Source: Octopus sinensis
Lineage: Eukaryota
Direction of reading: 5' to 3'
DNA: 64,000 nt
Assembly: GCF_006345805.1 (NCBI RefSeq)
Contig: NC_043002.1
Span: 102,734,001-102,798,000 of the forward strand
The position numbers and the translations under genes are program-made. This document shows, piece by piece, positions 26,844 through 39,559 of the stretch. Positions within the stretch are counted from its first letter, which is position 1. Each line of letters begins with the position of its first letter. Below the pieces are notes generated by a model, which saw nothing but the letters and a program-made list of their open reading frames with translations, was not told the DNA's origin and did no database searches.

Positions 26844-27262
26844 TTCTAAGTCTCTCTAAAGGAGACTACGGTAGCGGTACTGGATATTACTTGTTATCGC
26901 CAAGCTAGTATGGCAGTCCACAAATATAGGACGAAAGCTGCCTGTGATTACCTCCAAGAGGCGATCGCCTCTAGCTGACTAAATGACACACGAACCTGTG
27001 TCCATTATACCCTTCGAACAGGGGAGGTCAGCCGTTTCCCCTTGCCGGTCAGACATCTGCTGACATGTTTCAGGGTATTTGCCCTTTATCAATGCAATGT
27101 AGCCAGACCCAGCAGGCGTCGCTGTTGACCGTCTGTTCAAAGGATTATTAACCTAATTTCAGTGGAATACATTCACAGGTTTTCAAATATAGAAATATAA
27201 CTTGGCGATAACTGTTAATATCCAGTACCGCTGCTGCAGTCTCTTTTAGGGAGAGTTAGAAT
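26844..27262 (-). mobile_element. Non-autonomous element with ~65-bp inverted arms and an internal HHR (F3)
   Basis: Arms at 26844-26908 and 27198-27262 (gagact..gcggtactggatatta..gttatcgccaag). Confidence 0.75.
27053..27100 (-). ncRNA. Minimal type-I hammerhead motif, U3:A8 core (F3)
   Basis: acattgca-TTGATAA-AGGG-caaata-CCCT-GAAA-CATG-TC-agcagatgt. Palindrome ACATGT, GUC triplet, imperfect stem I. Confidence 0.65.
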
Positions 27263-28927
27263 GATAATAATATAAATAATAAATAATGAAGAGCACAAAA
27301 ATAAATACTCACCAAAACTAACAGCAATAGTCAAAAATTGTGGCCATCCAAATTGTTGGACTTGCCTTTACCTCATTAAAAATCAAAAACATAAATTTAA
27401 ATCGGATCAGAATTTCATCATAAAAGATCATTGTACCTGTTCTTAAAAAAAATAATAAAATCTATTAAATGTAAAGGATATAACGGGGGTAAAATAATTC
27501 AAATAAGACTCAATCTCAGAAATAGACTAACTACTCATCGTCAACAAGTACGAAACCCCTGTACTAGACTGATCCTAGTGCGTGGACACAAACTTATATG
27601 CCAAATTATGTCTCTTAATTTTTTTGCCTTCCCACTTTATCTTTGTTCAGTCAATACCACAAACTGAGAACGGATGAAGAAAAGAAAGTATATTCATGCA
27701 ATGATACTCGCCCAAACTAAATAATCTATATGAAACAATCTCGTCCAACAATTAGTCACACCAAAACTAATTCTGCCATTTGTGATGTTGAATTTATACA
27801 GCCAAGCCCCCTGAATTTGGAGACAATCATGAACTCTTCTATATTACTAACGCACAAATTCAGTAGAGGACAAAATTTAAACCTGCGTACATCGATACAA
27901 ATCGTGGCCATTAATCACTTGATCTACATAGGAACAACACCTGTGCAATGCACGACCTAAAAGATTAAATCAAGGGAGCTTCGATTGTTTAGCATTGTCA
28001 CTAGACATGTGTAAACAACCATGTCAGACTTAATTTTCGGCGCAGAAACTATTGCCATATGATAACAGACTAAATTCAGTGAGCCTTGATTGTTTGTCAC
28101 TGTCACTGAACAGGTTTACTCAACCTTGAGGGCTGTAACTTACGATACTAAACATAATGTAATATGACATTAAAGGACGGGCATAGTGGGAAACTTACAA
28201 CATTTTAAAAACTTAATCACTTGATCATCTTCAGACAATCAAATTGCATCTAAAACAGATATTAATTCGAGTTATGTTTTCTCTATAACAAAAGGATAAT
28301 TTTAAAACCCCATTGAGAAGCAAGAGCAGTATAACTCCACCTCTTTCTATCACAACTTTTGAAAATCAGAGATATGGTTTAGGTCGTTAAATAAATCAAA
28401 ATATCCAAACGAATCCAAGTGCACTTTTAAATTCTTTTCCACACACACACATGCACACACACACGCACACACACGCGCGCGCGCACACACAAGAAGCTAA
28501 AGGTGATGAGAGATGAATATATCTATTCAATCCCTTGACATACTTAGGATTACGGCTAAATGTCCGCTTGCAGGAGATATTAAACCCGCCGGTGGTGTTC
28601 GCTCTACAATGACACATGATTTGTCTAGAGTATTCCTTAATGATTTCGTTATACTGTTTTCTTTAGATTTTTGTCTTCCAAGATGAGTGGCGATGCTTCT
28701 GTTATCGTCACCTGTAAAGAATTTTCACCTCATTATTTCCTGAATTGCACGTCACTTCCCGCGCTTTACAGTATATTCCCTCGCATATGTCAGCACGTGT
28801 GTTTCATAATATATGCACATGTGCGTACATATAGAAGCATACACTTATAAACATTTCTGTATCGATGTATAATATCCACATATATACATGCACATATATA
28901 TGCTGACATATGCTATATGTATATATG

Positions 28928-28968
<41 letters not shown>

Positions 28969-30333
28969 TACATATATATATATATATACGTTTAAATATT
29001 TGTTGTGCAAGATTTTTTATGTGAAGTCGTGTGTTGAAACAGATATTGTTATATTTCGGAATGGTCATATTGCCAGTTTAGCCAATAAAAACACACGCAC
29101 TATATATTTGGTGTTATTTTGCTTCAGTGATATTTATTTTTTACATTAATCTTAATCTTATTTCGGCCAAAGTTCTTTCGTCACTCTCCTGTGACCGCAT
29201 CAGTGGTCCTTTGTTTTCTTCTCACTTACTTGTGTCTCTCCTTACTAACCGTCAGCCATTTTATATTTCTATTGTATGTCTTCATTTGCGCATGTTTATA
29301 TCTCTATGTGCGTCTATGTTTATTTAGTGTGTGTGTGGGGGGGATGCCTGTAATATTTGTATCTTCTGGTTATATACATTCTTGTAATTTGTATTTTGTT
29401 TTTGTTGTTGTTGCTTTTGTTCTAATTTTGTTCATGTGTTTACATCCACCCATTATTATCATTACATATGCTTGTATGTATGTATAACAACAATATTAGT
29501 AATAATAATAATAAATCTAATGGAAAAAAAAAAAAAGGAATATACATATACATATATATATATACATACACATACATATACATATATATATATACATATA
29601 CACACACATATATACACATATACATATACATATATATACACATATACATATATATATAGATATTCATTTCTATTTCTTTAATTACCTGTGTATTTATTAT
29701 GTTTGCAGGATCCACTATTGTCATATGTTGTGGTGTGCGCTATTGCTCCATTCTAGTTTTCTATTCAGGCTAGGTTTATTTTCTATTATATGTGTAGCTT
29801 CTGTAATTTGTCTAATTGTTGCATCTGTTCTATGTGTGGACAATATCTTAATCTCTATGTTATTGATTGATCCCCCGTGTTCTAGTTCGGCGTGTTGGTA
29901 CAGAATCGATGAGCTTTTACCTTCCTTGAGTTGTCTCCAATGTTCATTCACCCGCTCACCAATGCTTCTTGCAGTTTCCCCTACGTATGTTACTGTCTTG
30001 TTACTGCATCGTCCCTCTATACATCTTATACTATAGACCACATTTCTGGCTTACAGTTCGTTTGTGGGCTAAATCTACATACAGTGCAATAGTTATCCGT
30101 ACAGAGAGTTCTACTAAAAGGATAGCTTCTACCAATTATAGATCTGATAGGGTTGCCTGGCTTTTCAACAACCTTAATTCTTAGTTTAAGTTTATCTAGG
30201 GTCCTTCTAAAGCGGTACGCTAGTTCACCTCCAGGGGTGGTGTCAACGAACATGACACTCTGGTATTTATGGCTATCATACCAAGAGTTGGCCTTCCCTA
30301 TTTTCTTTTTTGTCCTTTCTATAGTGTTCCATG

Positions 30334-31779
30334 GCTATAGTGTTACTTCTATGGCTAGGAAGACACATATAGAAAGATGGCGCGGATGGACCAGAGCCAT
30401 ACGGAGCCCCGCAAATGTCCATCAGGTAAAGAAAATGATCGCACATGCACTAGGAGCTAGTATAAGAGTTACCCTAAAAGGCCACACATTTAAATTTAAT
30501 AATAAAATATATGCCCAGGACGAGGGGGCAGCCATCGGTGTTAGTATCGCTGGGATGTGGCCAACCTCTTCATGGTATGGTGGGACAGAAGGCTTAAAGA
30601 ATGCCTACTGCAGAAATCCATACTCGTAAACATGTACTCTCGCTATGTTGATGATATCAATATAGTAGTAAAGGCACCCCCACAAGAGAGTACTGTTGAT
30701 ATAGTAATAGAAACTAATACTATGGAGAGCATCCAGCAAATAGCTAACTCCATCCACCAGAGTATTAAGGTCACAATAGACTACCCCACTAAACACCCCA
30801 ACCATAGACTACCAGTACTAGACACTGAACTCTGGCTAGAAATTGTGAAAAATAAAACCCAAATCCTTCATTCATACTATGCAAAACCTATGGCCTCAAA
30901 ATACCTGATCCACCGGAACTCAGCCATTGCGGGCAATGCCAAATTCAATATTTTGATGGCAGAATCGTCAGAATAATGAGAAATGTGTCACGCATGTGCG
31001 AGCCTACAGAATTAAAAAGACACATACAGTACTTCATTCACCGCATGCAGTTCTCAGGTTACAGCCATAAAGAAAGGATCAGAGTATACAAAGGAGCCAT
31101 GAAGAAATTTGATAATATATTATGTAATGATAGGAATGGGATTTGCCCACTCTATAGGAACAAGTCATGGAACACTATAGAAAGGACAAAAAAGAAAATA
31201 GGGAAGGCCAACTCTTGGTATGATAGCCATAAATACCAGAGTGTCATGTTCGTTGACACCACCCCTGGAGGTGAACTAGCGTACCGCTTTAGAAGGACCC
31301 TAGATAAACTTAAACTAAGAATTAAGGTTGTTGAAAAGCCAGGCAACCCTATCAGATCTATAATTGGTAGAAGCTATCCTTTTAGTAGAACTCTCTGTAC
31401 GGATAACTATTGCACTGTATGTAGATTTAGCCCACAAACGAACTGTAAAGCCAGAAATGTGGTCTATAGTATAAGATGTATAGAGGGACGATGCAGTAAC
31501 AAGACAGTAACATACGTAGGGGAAACTGCAAGAAGCATTGGTGAGCGGGTGAATGAACATTGGAGACAACTCAAGGAAGGTAAAAGCTCATCGATTCTGT
31601 ACCAACACGCCGAACAAGAACACGGGGGATCAATCAATAACATAGAGATTAAGATATTGTCCACACATAGAACAGATGCAACAATTAGACAAATTACAGA
31701 AGCTACACATATAATAGAAAATAAACCTAGCCTGAATAGAAAACTAGAATGGAGCAATAGCGCACACCACAACATATGA
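30334..31779 (+). CDS. PLE reverse transcriptase (partial) + GIY-YIG endonuclease, two 1-nt frameshifts (~30555, ~30962)
   Basis: Motifs QDEGAAIGVSIAG/VANLFM, YSRYVDD, LPVLD, C..C.VC...C, VVYSIRC..C...YVGETARSIGERVNEH, HAEQEH, PSLN. Confidence 0.88.
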
Positions 31780-32295
31780 CAATAGTGGATCCTGCAAACA
31801 TAATAAATACACAGGTAATTAAAGAAATAGAAATGAATATCTATATATATATGTATATGTGTATATATATGTATATGTATATGTGTATATATGTGTGTGT
31901 ATATGTATATATATATATATGTATATGTATGTGTATGTATATATATATATGTATATGTATATTCCTTTTTTTTTTTTTTTTCCATTAGATTTATTATTAT
32001 TATTACTAATATTGTTGTTATACATACATACAAGCATATGTAATGATAATAATGGGTGGATGTAAACACATGAACAAAATTAGAACAAAAGCAACAACAA
32101 CAAAAACAAAATACAAATTACAAGAATGTATATAACTAGAAGATACAAATATTACAGGCATTCCCCCCACACACACACTAAATAAACATAGACGCACATA
32201 GAGATATAAACATGCGCAAATGAAGACATACAATAGAAATATAAAATGGCTGACGGTTAGTAAGGAGAGACACAAGTAAGTGAGAAGAAAACAAA

Positions 32296-32340
32296 GGACC
32301 ACTGATGCGGTCACAGGAGTGTGACGAAAGAACTTTGGCC
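32296..32340 (+). ncRNA. Variant hammerhead motif in the PLE tail (C at position 9, U at 17); mirror copy at 29165-29209 (-)
   Basis: GGACCA-CTGATGC-G-GTCAC-aggagt-GTGAC-GAAA-GAAC-TT-TGGCC. Confidence 0.6.
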
Positions 32341-32454
32341 GAAATAAGATTAAGATTAATGTAAAAAATAAATATCACTGAAGCAAAATAACACCAAATA
32401 TATAGTGCGTGTGTTTTTATTGGCTAAACTGGCAATATGACCATTCCGAAATAT

Positions 32455-32501
<47 letters not shown>

Positions 32502-34263
32502 TGTATATGTGTGCACAGAGAGAGACAGACAGACAGACAGACAGAGAAGGAGATAGAAATAAATAGATAACTAGATAGATAGATAGATAGATAAATAGAC
32601 AGACAGACAGACAGTCAGATACAAAGATAGAGGCCATATATGTGTGCATGCTTACACGTGTATATGCGTGTGTTTATTTAATAACAGTTCAATATGATTT
32701 CAAATTTTCTTGTGGTCTACCACCCGACTTTCCCATTAGATTTAAGGAGACTGTATGCGATGTTTGACAGAAATTCACGATGGTTTCTAGTTTTTTATGC
32801 CTTCGTTGGTCATCTCGGGTAGTTTTGGGTTTGGGCTATGAATATGCTACCCAAAACTTACTTCATTTTACCAATTATGATTGGACGTTTGCAGGAAACA
32901 GGTGTCACATTTGCGGCAGACTACCATATATATTATTTACTGATACATGTTCACTCTTTTGGATTTTACACCTGGAATGCTTCGATTGATCACTAGCCGA
33001 GTCAGCCAATAAATGTGAAGGAATTAATGCTCATCTCGCACATTCTTCAGATACAAATATACACAATCTCCATCACCACGTCTCCACCTCCTATTCACCT
33101 GATGACACTGTGCTCTTTGTAATGATATCTCCAACATGAAATACAATATTCTTGAGAGTGTTTTTCAAAACTCAGCTGGTCCTCTCAATTGCCTAATCTG
33201 CCTTTTGGACAGATTAATATGTGTCAATTATCCCATAGGTTCCATCAGAAAGGAGAATGAATTATTTTATTCTTGGCGCCTGGGGCACGCTCGTTTATTA
33301 ACTTGAAACTTTTAGCTGGTGATTAACTGGATATATAATCCTGGGCTGAGCAAATCCCATCACGATTGAAAAGTATTCCTTTCCCGTTAACCCTCTGGAA
33401 CCTTTTATGGTCATGGAATTTCATCTGTAACCCAACACTATAAAACTACATTACTCTTATAGACAACGTAAAGCCGCTAACGGATTCGTACTCCATCGAT
33501 CGATGATTGAGCTACTAGCTTGCAAAGCTGTGATGTACGGCAAATAATGCAAGTAACAAATGTCGCCAAATAAATAAGATCGCAGCCTGCAGCCAAAGAC
33601 ATGCTAGCATCTTGCCAACATACAGTCCAAAAATGGTGACTAGAAATGAAGAAAATAGGCGTTGACTCTTTGATAGTATTAATACCACGTAAATTGCGGT
33701 GTCCAATAATGGCCTAACTACTTAAACATTATCTCGAGATTTGCCCAGAACTCTCACGTAAAAAACATTAGGTCCGTTGAACGTATTCTTACTCGACTAA
33801 CATAATCAAATCGAACGCGGATCTGAGTTCAACTTTTGTGAAATACATGCAACTCCAACCTAATATATTGCATGTTACCTTCGTTCGTTCACTTACTCGT
33901 GTGTGTATACACACACGAATACACACACACACGCGCACACACACATATACATACATATATATATATATATATAATATAAAGTAAATTCAGAACGCCAGCA
34001 GATTCCAAAGTGAAGAGTTGTATTTTTCACTTGGTTAGATATGCTGAAGTGAGTTAAGGTTTTGCGCCAACACGAAATCATGATACAAGTAGGTCCACAA
34101 TACCAAACTATGTAGCATTAAGCTGTGATGATATGCAAAATTGTTTCTAGTTTCCCGACTACTGTTGGTTCTGTTGAATATTTCAGTGTCATTGGTGGTT
34201 ACGTTGAGAGTTTAACTCCATATTCTAGAAGGTAGTCGCTTTATGTGCTCTTATGATATATAT

Positions 34264-34316
<53 letters not shown>

Positions 34317-34809
34317 TATATATATTATATATATATATATATATAATATATATATAGTTGAGGTGAGTTCTGTTAAGAGTGCAAATAGGACTTGTTCACC
34401 CTTAGATATCTAGATTTTCTTACGTAGACATCAACTTACTATCGCCTGAGGAGCTAATTATAGATCTTCTTATACAGGTAAATTGTTACATAATTTAATT
34501 TGAACTTAACTTTAAATCCTGTATATACGAGGATCTGTATGTAATGAAATATTTGTAGCGATTAAAAAGCTGCCTAACCGTACTTACTCTTCCTTGTGAC
34601 TCTTAGTTTTTAATTTTTACTTCATAAATATATATATATATATAATATATATAATATATATATATATACTCACACACACACAGCACACACATATATAGAA
34701 GTTTGTGCGTGTGTAAAATCTACGTGATTCATCTAAGTAAAATTCACATAAATTCTAATCCTTTAGAAATATTGCTAAGGCAGTAAACACTGTCAACTGT
34801 AATATAATG

Positions 34810-35197
34810 GCTATGGAAGCACTCCGTCGGTTACGACGATGAGGGTTCCGGATGATCCGAATCAACGGAACAGCCTGCTCGTGAAATTAACGTGTAAGTG
34901 GCTGAGCACTCCACAGACAGGTGCACCCTTAACGTAGTTCTCGGGGATATTCAGCGTGACACAGAGAGTGACAAGGCCGGCCCCTTGAAATACAGGTACA
35001 ACAGAAACAGGAAGTAAGAGGGAGAGAAAGTTGTGGTGAAAGAGTACAGCAGGGATCACCACCATCCCCTGCTGGAGCCTCGTGGAGCTTTTAAGTGTTT
35101 TCGCTCAGTAAACACTCACAACGTCCGGTTTGGGAATCGAAACCGCGATCCTACGACAGCGAGTCTGCTGCCCTAACCACTGGGCCGTTGCGCCTCC
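34810..35197 (-). mobile_element. Full-length SINE family B
   Basis: Reverse-complement match to 23550-23937; 11-bp TSD GTAATATAATG at 34799-34809 and 35200-35210. Confidence 0.9.
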
Positions 35198-35255
35198 ACG
35201 TAATATAATGATAACGAAATAGAAGCCAAATAAAACTGAAAGGCCATTATAGAAA

Positions 35256-35730
35256 ACTAGCAGAGATACCCGGCGTTGCCTGGTTACATTCAAATGAAGA
35301 ATTAGACTTTTCTGTTATATTTTCTATAATGAACTAGAATATCTGTTTCGGATTTCATCAAAATTGCAGATGAGGTTTATATCCCTCTTTACACACCCTA
35401 AAAAAAATTGTAATCGTACCACATACATCCCTTACTACTGATATTTATGCGCATATTCCAAAATTCCAGTTTTATTGAACCAGTTAAAAAGATTTTGCTC
35501 CTAAACATGAAGGTCATGGAGCTCTAAAATGTGAGTGTTAAGAAAAAAGTGAACCTGTAAATGTAATTCTTTCTCGAATTTTCAAATAATGAAGGTGTAT
35601 TCATGTAAATCACTAAGATGCATTATATAACTTATCAAAGAAGTCCAATAGAATAATCCGGTATTTCATCGAATTACATATTTTAAACATAGTAACGCAG
35701 TATTTACCTAATTGACTTATATATTTCTCA
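35256..35730 (+). mobile_element. Possible Helentron-associated non-autonomous element
   Basis: Begins actagcagagatacccggcgttgcctgg, typical of such termini; right boundary uncertain. Confidence 0.33.
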
Positions 35731-35866
35731 TTTAATTTATCAAAAACATATTCATAGTAGCGTTTCAAGTACTGGACTTTTAGTCGTCATATATTCATTA
35801 TCACTAAATTAAGAATGACGGATTCAATAAATTAATTTAATTAATTACACTTCATCTCTCTTACAG

Positions 35867-35960
35867 GTCTCAAAATACGTCTACAGAATATTGTTTTTCT
35901 TGGTTAAATTGAGTACGAAAGCTATTTCCTGCTTGTCTGCTGCCCAAGAGATATTGAACG
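35867..35960 (+). other. Candidate exon (94 nt)
   Basis: Splice signals cttcatctctcttacag|G and ACG|gtaagt. One open frame, VSKYVYRILFFLVKLSTKAISCLSAAQEILN. Confidence 0.4.
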
Positions 35961-36232
35961 GTAAGTAATAGTGTGGTAGAAATATTGTTATAGACAGTCG
36001 TAACACACACAAACACACACACACACATACAAGCATACATATGTGTGTGTTAGTGTCTTCATATACATGTGTGTTTGGACGTTCGCATATATAACAATAT
36101 CTTATATTGGGAGAGCTCGATGCGACTCAAAAGAACTGGTACTGCCTGTTGGCATTATTAGGCTGTAGCTAGCATAACACAATAGGAACACTTATTTGTA
36201 TATTCAAAAAATTTGCCGTAAACGAACTTAAA

Positions 36233-36280
<48 letters not shown>

Positions 36281-36360
36281 CTTTATTGTTTTATCCTTAT
36301 TTTCTTGTGCTTGTTTCAGTTAATTGGTTACGGCCACGCTGGAACACAACATATATATAT

Positions 36361-37005
36361 ATAAGGAAAATAACTTGCTGAGTGATACCCAGCATGGTTT
36401 TCGACCAGATAGGAGCTGCCTGACCCAGCTCTTACAACATTATGACTGGGTGTTGAGGCAGTTAATCAACAAATCAAATGTGGACGTAATCTACCTTGAT
36501 TTTGCAAAAGCTTTTGACAAGGTGGATCATGGTATGATATGCCACAAACTGCGTGACCTCGGCATAGCTGGAAAACTTGGAGTGTGGTTACATGATTTCC
36601 TGAAAGATAGGAGTCAGGCAGTAGTGGTTAATGGAGCCATTTCTATGAACACATAAATAGTGAGCGGTGTTCCACAGGGCACTGTCTTGGGAGCACTGCT
36701 TTTTATAGTGGCTCTCTCAGATATGCCCTCAAATGCCCGGATAGTCACTCTGGCCAGCTATGAAGACGATACGAAAGTCTCGCAGAAAATACAGAACCCC
36801 AGCAATGTTGCACACCTGCAGCAGGAGTTGGACTCAATCTACAGATGGGCTGAGGATAATAATATTCAGTTTAATGCTGAAAAATTTCAAGCCCTGCGCT
36901 ACCAGCATCCTTACAGGATACACCGGCCCACAGGGAATTTCAATCCCAGAGCCTAAGTCTGTGAGGGACCTGGGTATCGACATGAGTGATGATACCTCTT
37001 CCCAA

Positions 37006-37043
<38 letters not shown>

Positions 37044-37775
37044 TAATATATATATATGATACCTCTTTCCAAGTGCACATTACCAGGATGGCGACAAAGT
37101 GCAGACGACTGGCTGGGTGGATCCTAAGAACATTCAGAACCAGAGATAAGGAAACCATGATGGTCCTCTGGCGGATATTCATCCTCAGTCGCCTGGATTA
37201 CTGCTCACAGCTATGGTCACCCACCAGTGTAAAATTAACAGCGGACCTTGAAGCAATCCAGATAAGATTCACAAAGAAGATCATCTCTTTGCAACAGCTC
37301 AGCTACTGGGAAAGGTTGAAACAGCTAAGACTCTACTCCCTGGAGAGAAGACGGGAGAGGTATGCAGTTATATATGTCTGGAAGATCCTGGAAGGAATTG
37401 TGCCAAATTTTGGCATTGTAAGCTACACCAATGCTTGAACGGGACGACAATGCATAGTGCCAAAGATCCCAGCAATGCCATTACGCTTCAGGACCATCTT
37501 CTGCAACAGCCTGTGTTTCAAGGGCCCACAGCTTTTTAATATTCTCCCAAAGAGTCTCAGGAACTTGCACAAAGTAGATGTAGCAGTATTTAAATCAAAG
37601 CTGGACATCTTCATGTCGAGAGTCCCAGGTGAACCTACTTCACGGCAAGAGGTGCAAATGAGAGTAGCTATATCAAACTCCATTCTTCCCCAAGCGCCAC
37701 ATATTAGACGAGGTTCTTCGTAATAACAGTGTAGCACAAAACGGCGGTGCATCAGCATGCTCCGAGCTGAAACTA
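36361..37775 (+). mobile_element. 5'-truncated CR1-type LINE (RT and 3' end), pseudogenised
   Basis: Motifs QHGFRPDRSCLTQLL, YLDFAKAFDKVDH, SGVPQGTVLG, YEDD, LDYCSQLWSP, LYSLERRRER. 3' tail gcggtg..cagcatg..gctgaaac. (TA)n insert at 37011-37057. Confidence 0.9.
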
Positions 37776-39475
37776 GAGAAAAACAATACATATATATACA
37801 TATATATACATACACATGTGTGTGTGTACATATACAAAATTGAACGAGTGTAGCTGATAAAAATCCCAACTACAGAAGCGTTACACTTGGTGCCAATATA
37901 TCATTATTTTCATGTTACACCGTCCACTTTATGTTCTGCATATCTGTCACTCACTGTTTGAAGGTTACTAACATCCTACACTCGGATCTCTGTATCGTAT
38001 TTACACATTTATTGAAGACATAATAATCTGTGTCTGAAATTTTAAGTTTCAAGTCCCCATCATATCGTCCGAACTTATTTCCCTATGAAGTTTTGCAAAG
38101 AATATGCAAAGAATATATAAGTGCGTATACGTGTGTGTGTGTGAGTGAATGTTACATCCGTTACAAGTTGAGCTTATAAAACTGTGCATCACATGCAAAC
38201 ACTCCAATACATAACTTCCTTCAGGAAACCATTTTGAAGGTCATTTTAGTTACTTCAGTGAATTGTATTCTTTGTATGACTTTCTGGAAAAAAATATAAA
38301 CAAAACCAAACTATAGTAAAATCCACGCGTCATGCTTACCAACGTTCTACTGTGTAAGATTTTGAATATCATAGTGAAAATCTCAGGCTTCTATCGTATG
38401 GGGCATTCGCACATTCACTTCTATAAATGAATATATACGAAGTAGCGGCAAATAGATATGTGGGGCAGAATAACTGCGATAATTACGAATACAGTATTAA
38501 AGAAAATAAGTGGAAAGCGTAAATGAATCAAAACGCTTGAATTGTAGAGTGGTTTGGAGCAGAACACAACATCTGCCTCAGTTTTAATGCGGATAAGGAG
38601 CAGCGCACATGAACGAAGATGCGTTGTATTGTTAATCGTACGAAAAAATTGTTAGAAAACAACTATATTATACATAAATATAGATAAACAGTCAGACATA
38701 TATACGAGAAAGTTGTTTTACCTATTTACGCAGTATGTATGTATTGCGTGAAATCTTTGTGTATCTTTATGTATATATGTGAAACATTGCTTCCAGTATA
38801 CGATGTCTGCATATTTTTCGTTGAGGAAATTTTTGCTAAATCAATTACTCCTTTCCTATATTTTCACTCAGCTTGTAACATTTTTATTGTTAAATATTTT
38901 TAATGATTTGATGAAATTTTAATTCCATTGCCAGCAATACATGTTTGGATTGATTTCTGTAATTTGATTTACACGTGAAATGCCCAGATATATAATTCGG
39001 ACTATTTCCATGCTTGTTGTATATCATCGCCTGACATGGCATAACCTTTATGAATAAAATAATAAATTCATTTCTGGCGCACCCAATGCTTTCCAACGAA
39101 GAATATTCAAATCCAATTTTAACCACAAAAATGGATTCTCTTGGGGGAAGATATATGTGTTAGAATTCAAATAAATAAAGTATGAGGACACACTCTTTAT
39201 CGGATGATAATATAATCTTCAACGTTAAATCGATGTTAGTCTTCCTCTTCAACACCATCGCATACATTTACGCAGTACACAATTATAGACACATGAGGAA
39301 TCACACACTGAAACATACGTACACGCATTGGTACTCACATAGATAAGCCCATGCGAGGCACACGTACACGCACACATGCATACATGAAATAGATTAAAAT
39401 ATGAAGATGGAATTCTAAAGTATCAAATAATATATATATATATATAGATAGATAGATAGATATATAGATAGATAA

Positions 39476-39546
<71 letters not shown>

Positions 39547-39559
39547 TAAGATAGTTTAC

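Larger units (their letters stand above)
29043..32462 (+). mobile_element. 5'-truncated Penelope-like element with inverted 5' duplication
   Basis: 29043-30333 is the near-identical reverse complement of 31166-32462; the unique RT segment lies at 30334-31165; right end abuts (TA)n. Confidence 0.93.

Noticed and set aside
34441-34470. CTGAGGA-GCTA..TAG hammerhead-like 5' half
   Set aside because: The 3' half of the core is missing.
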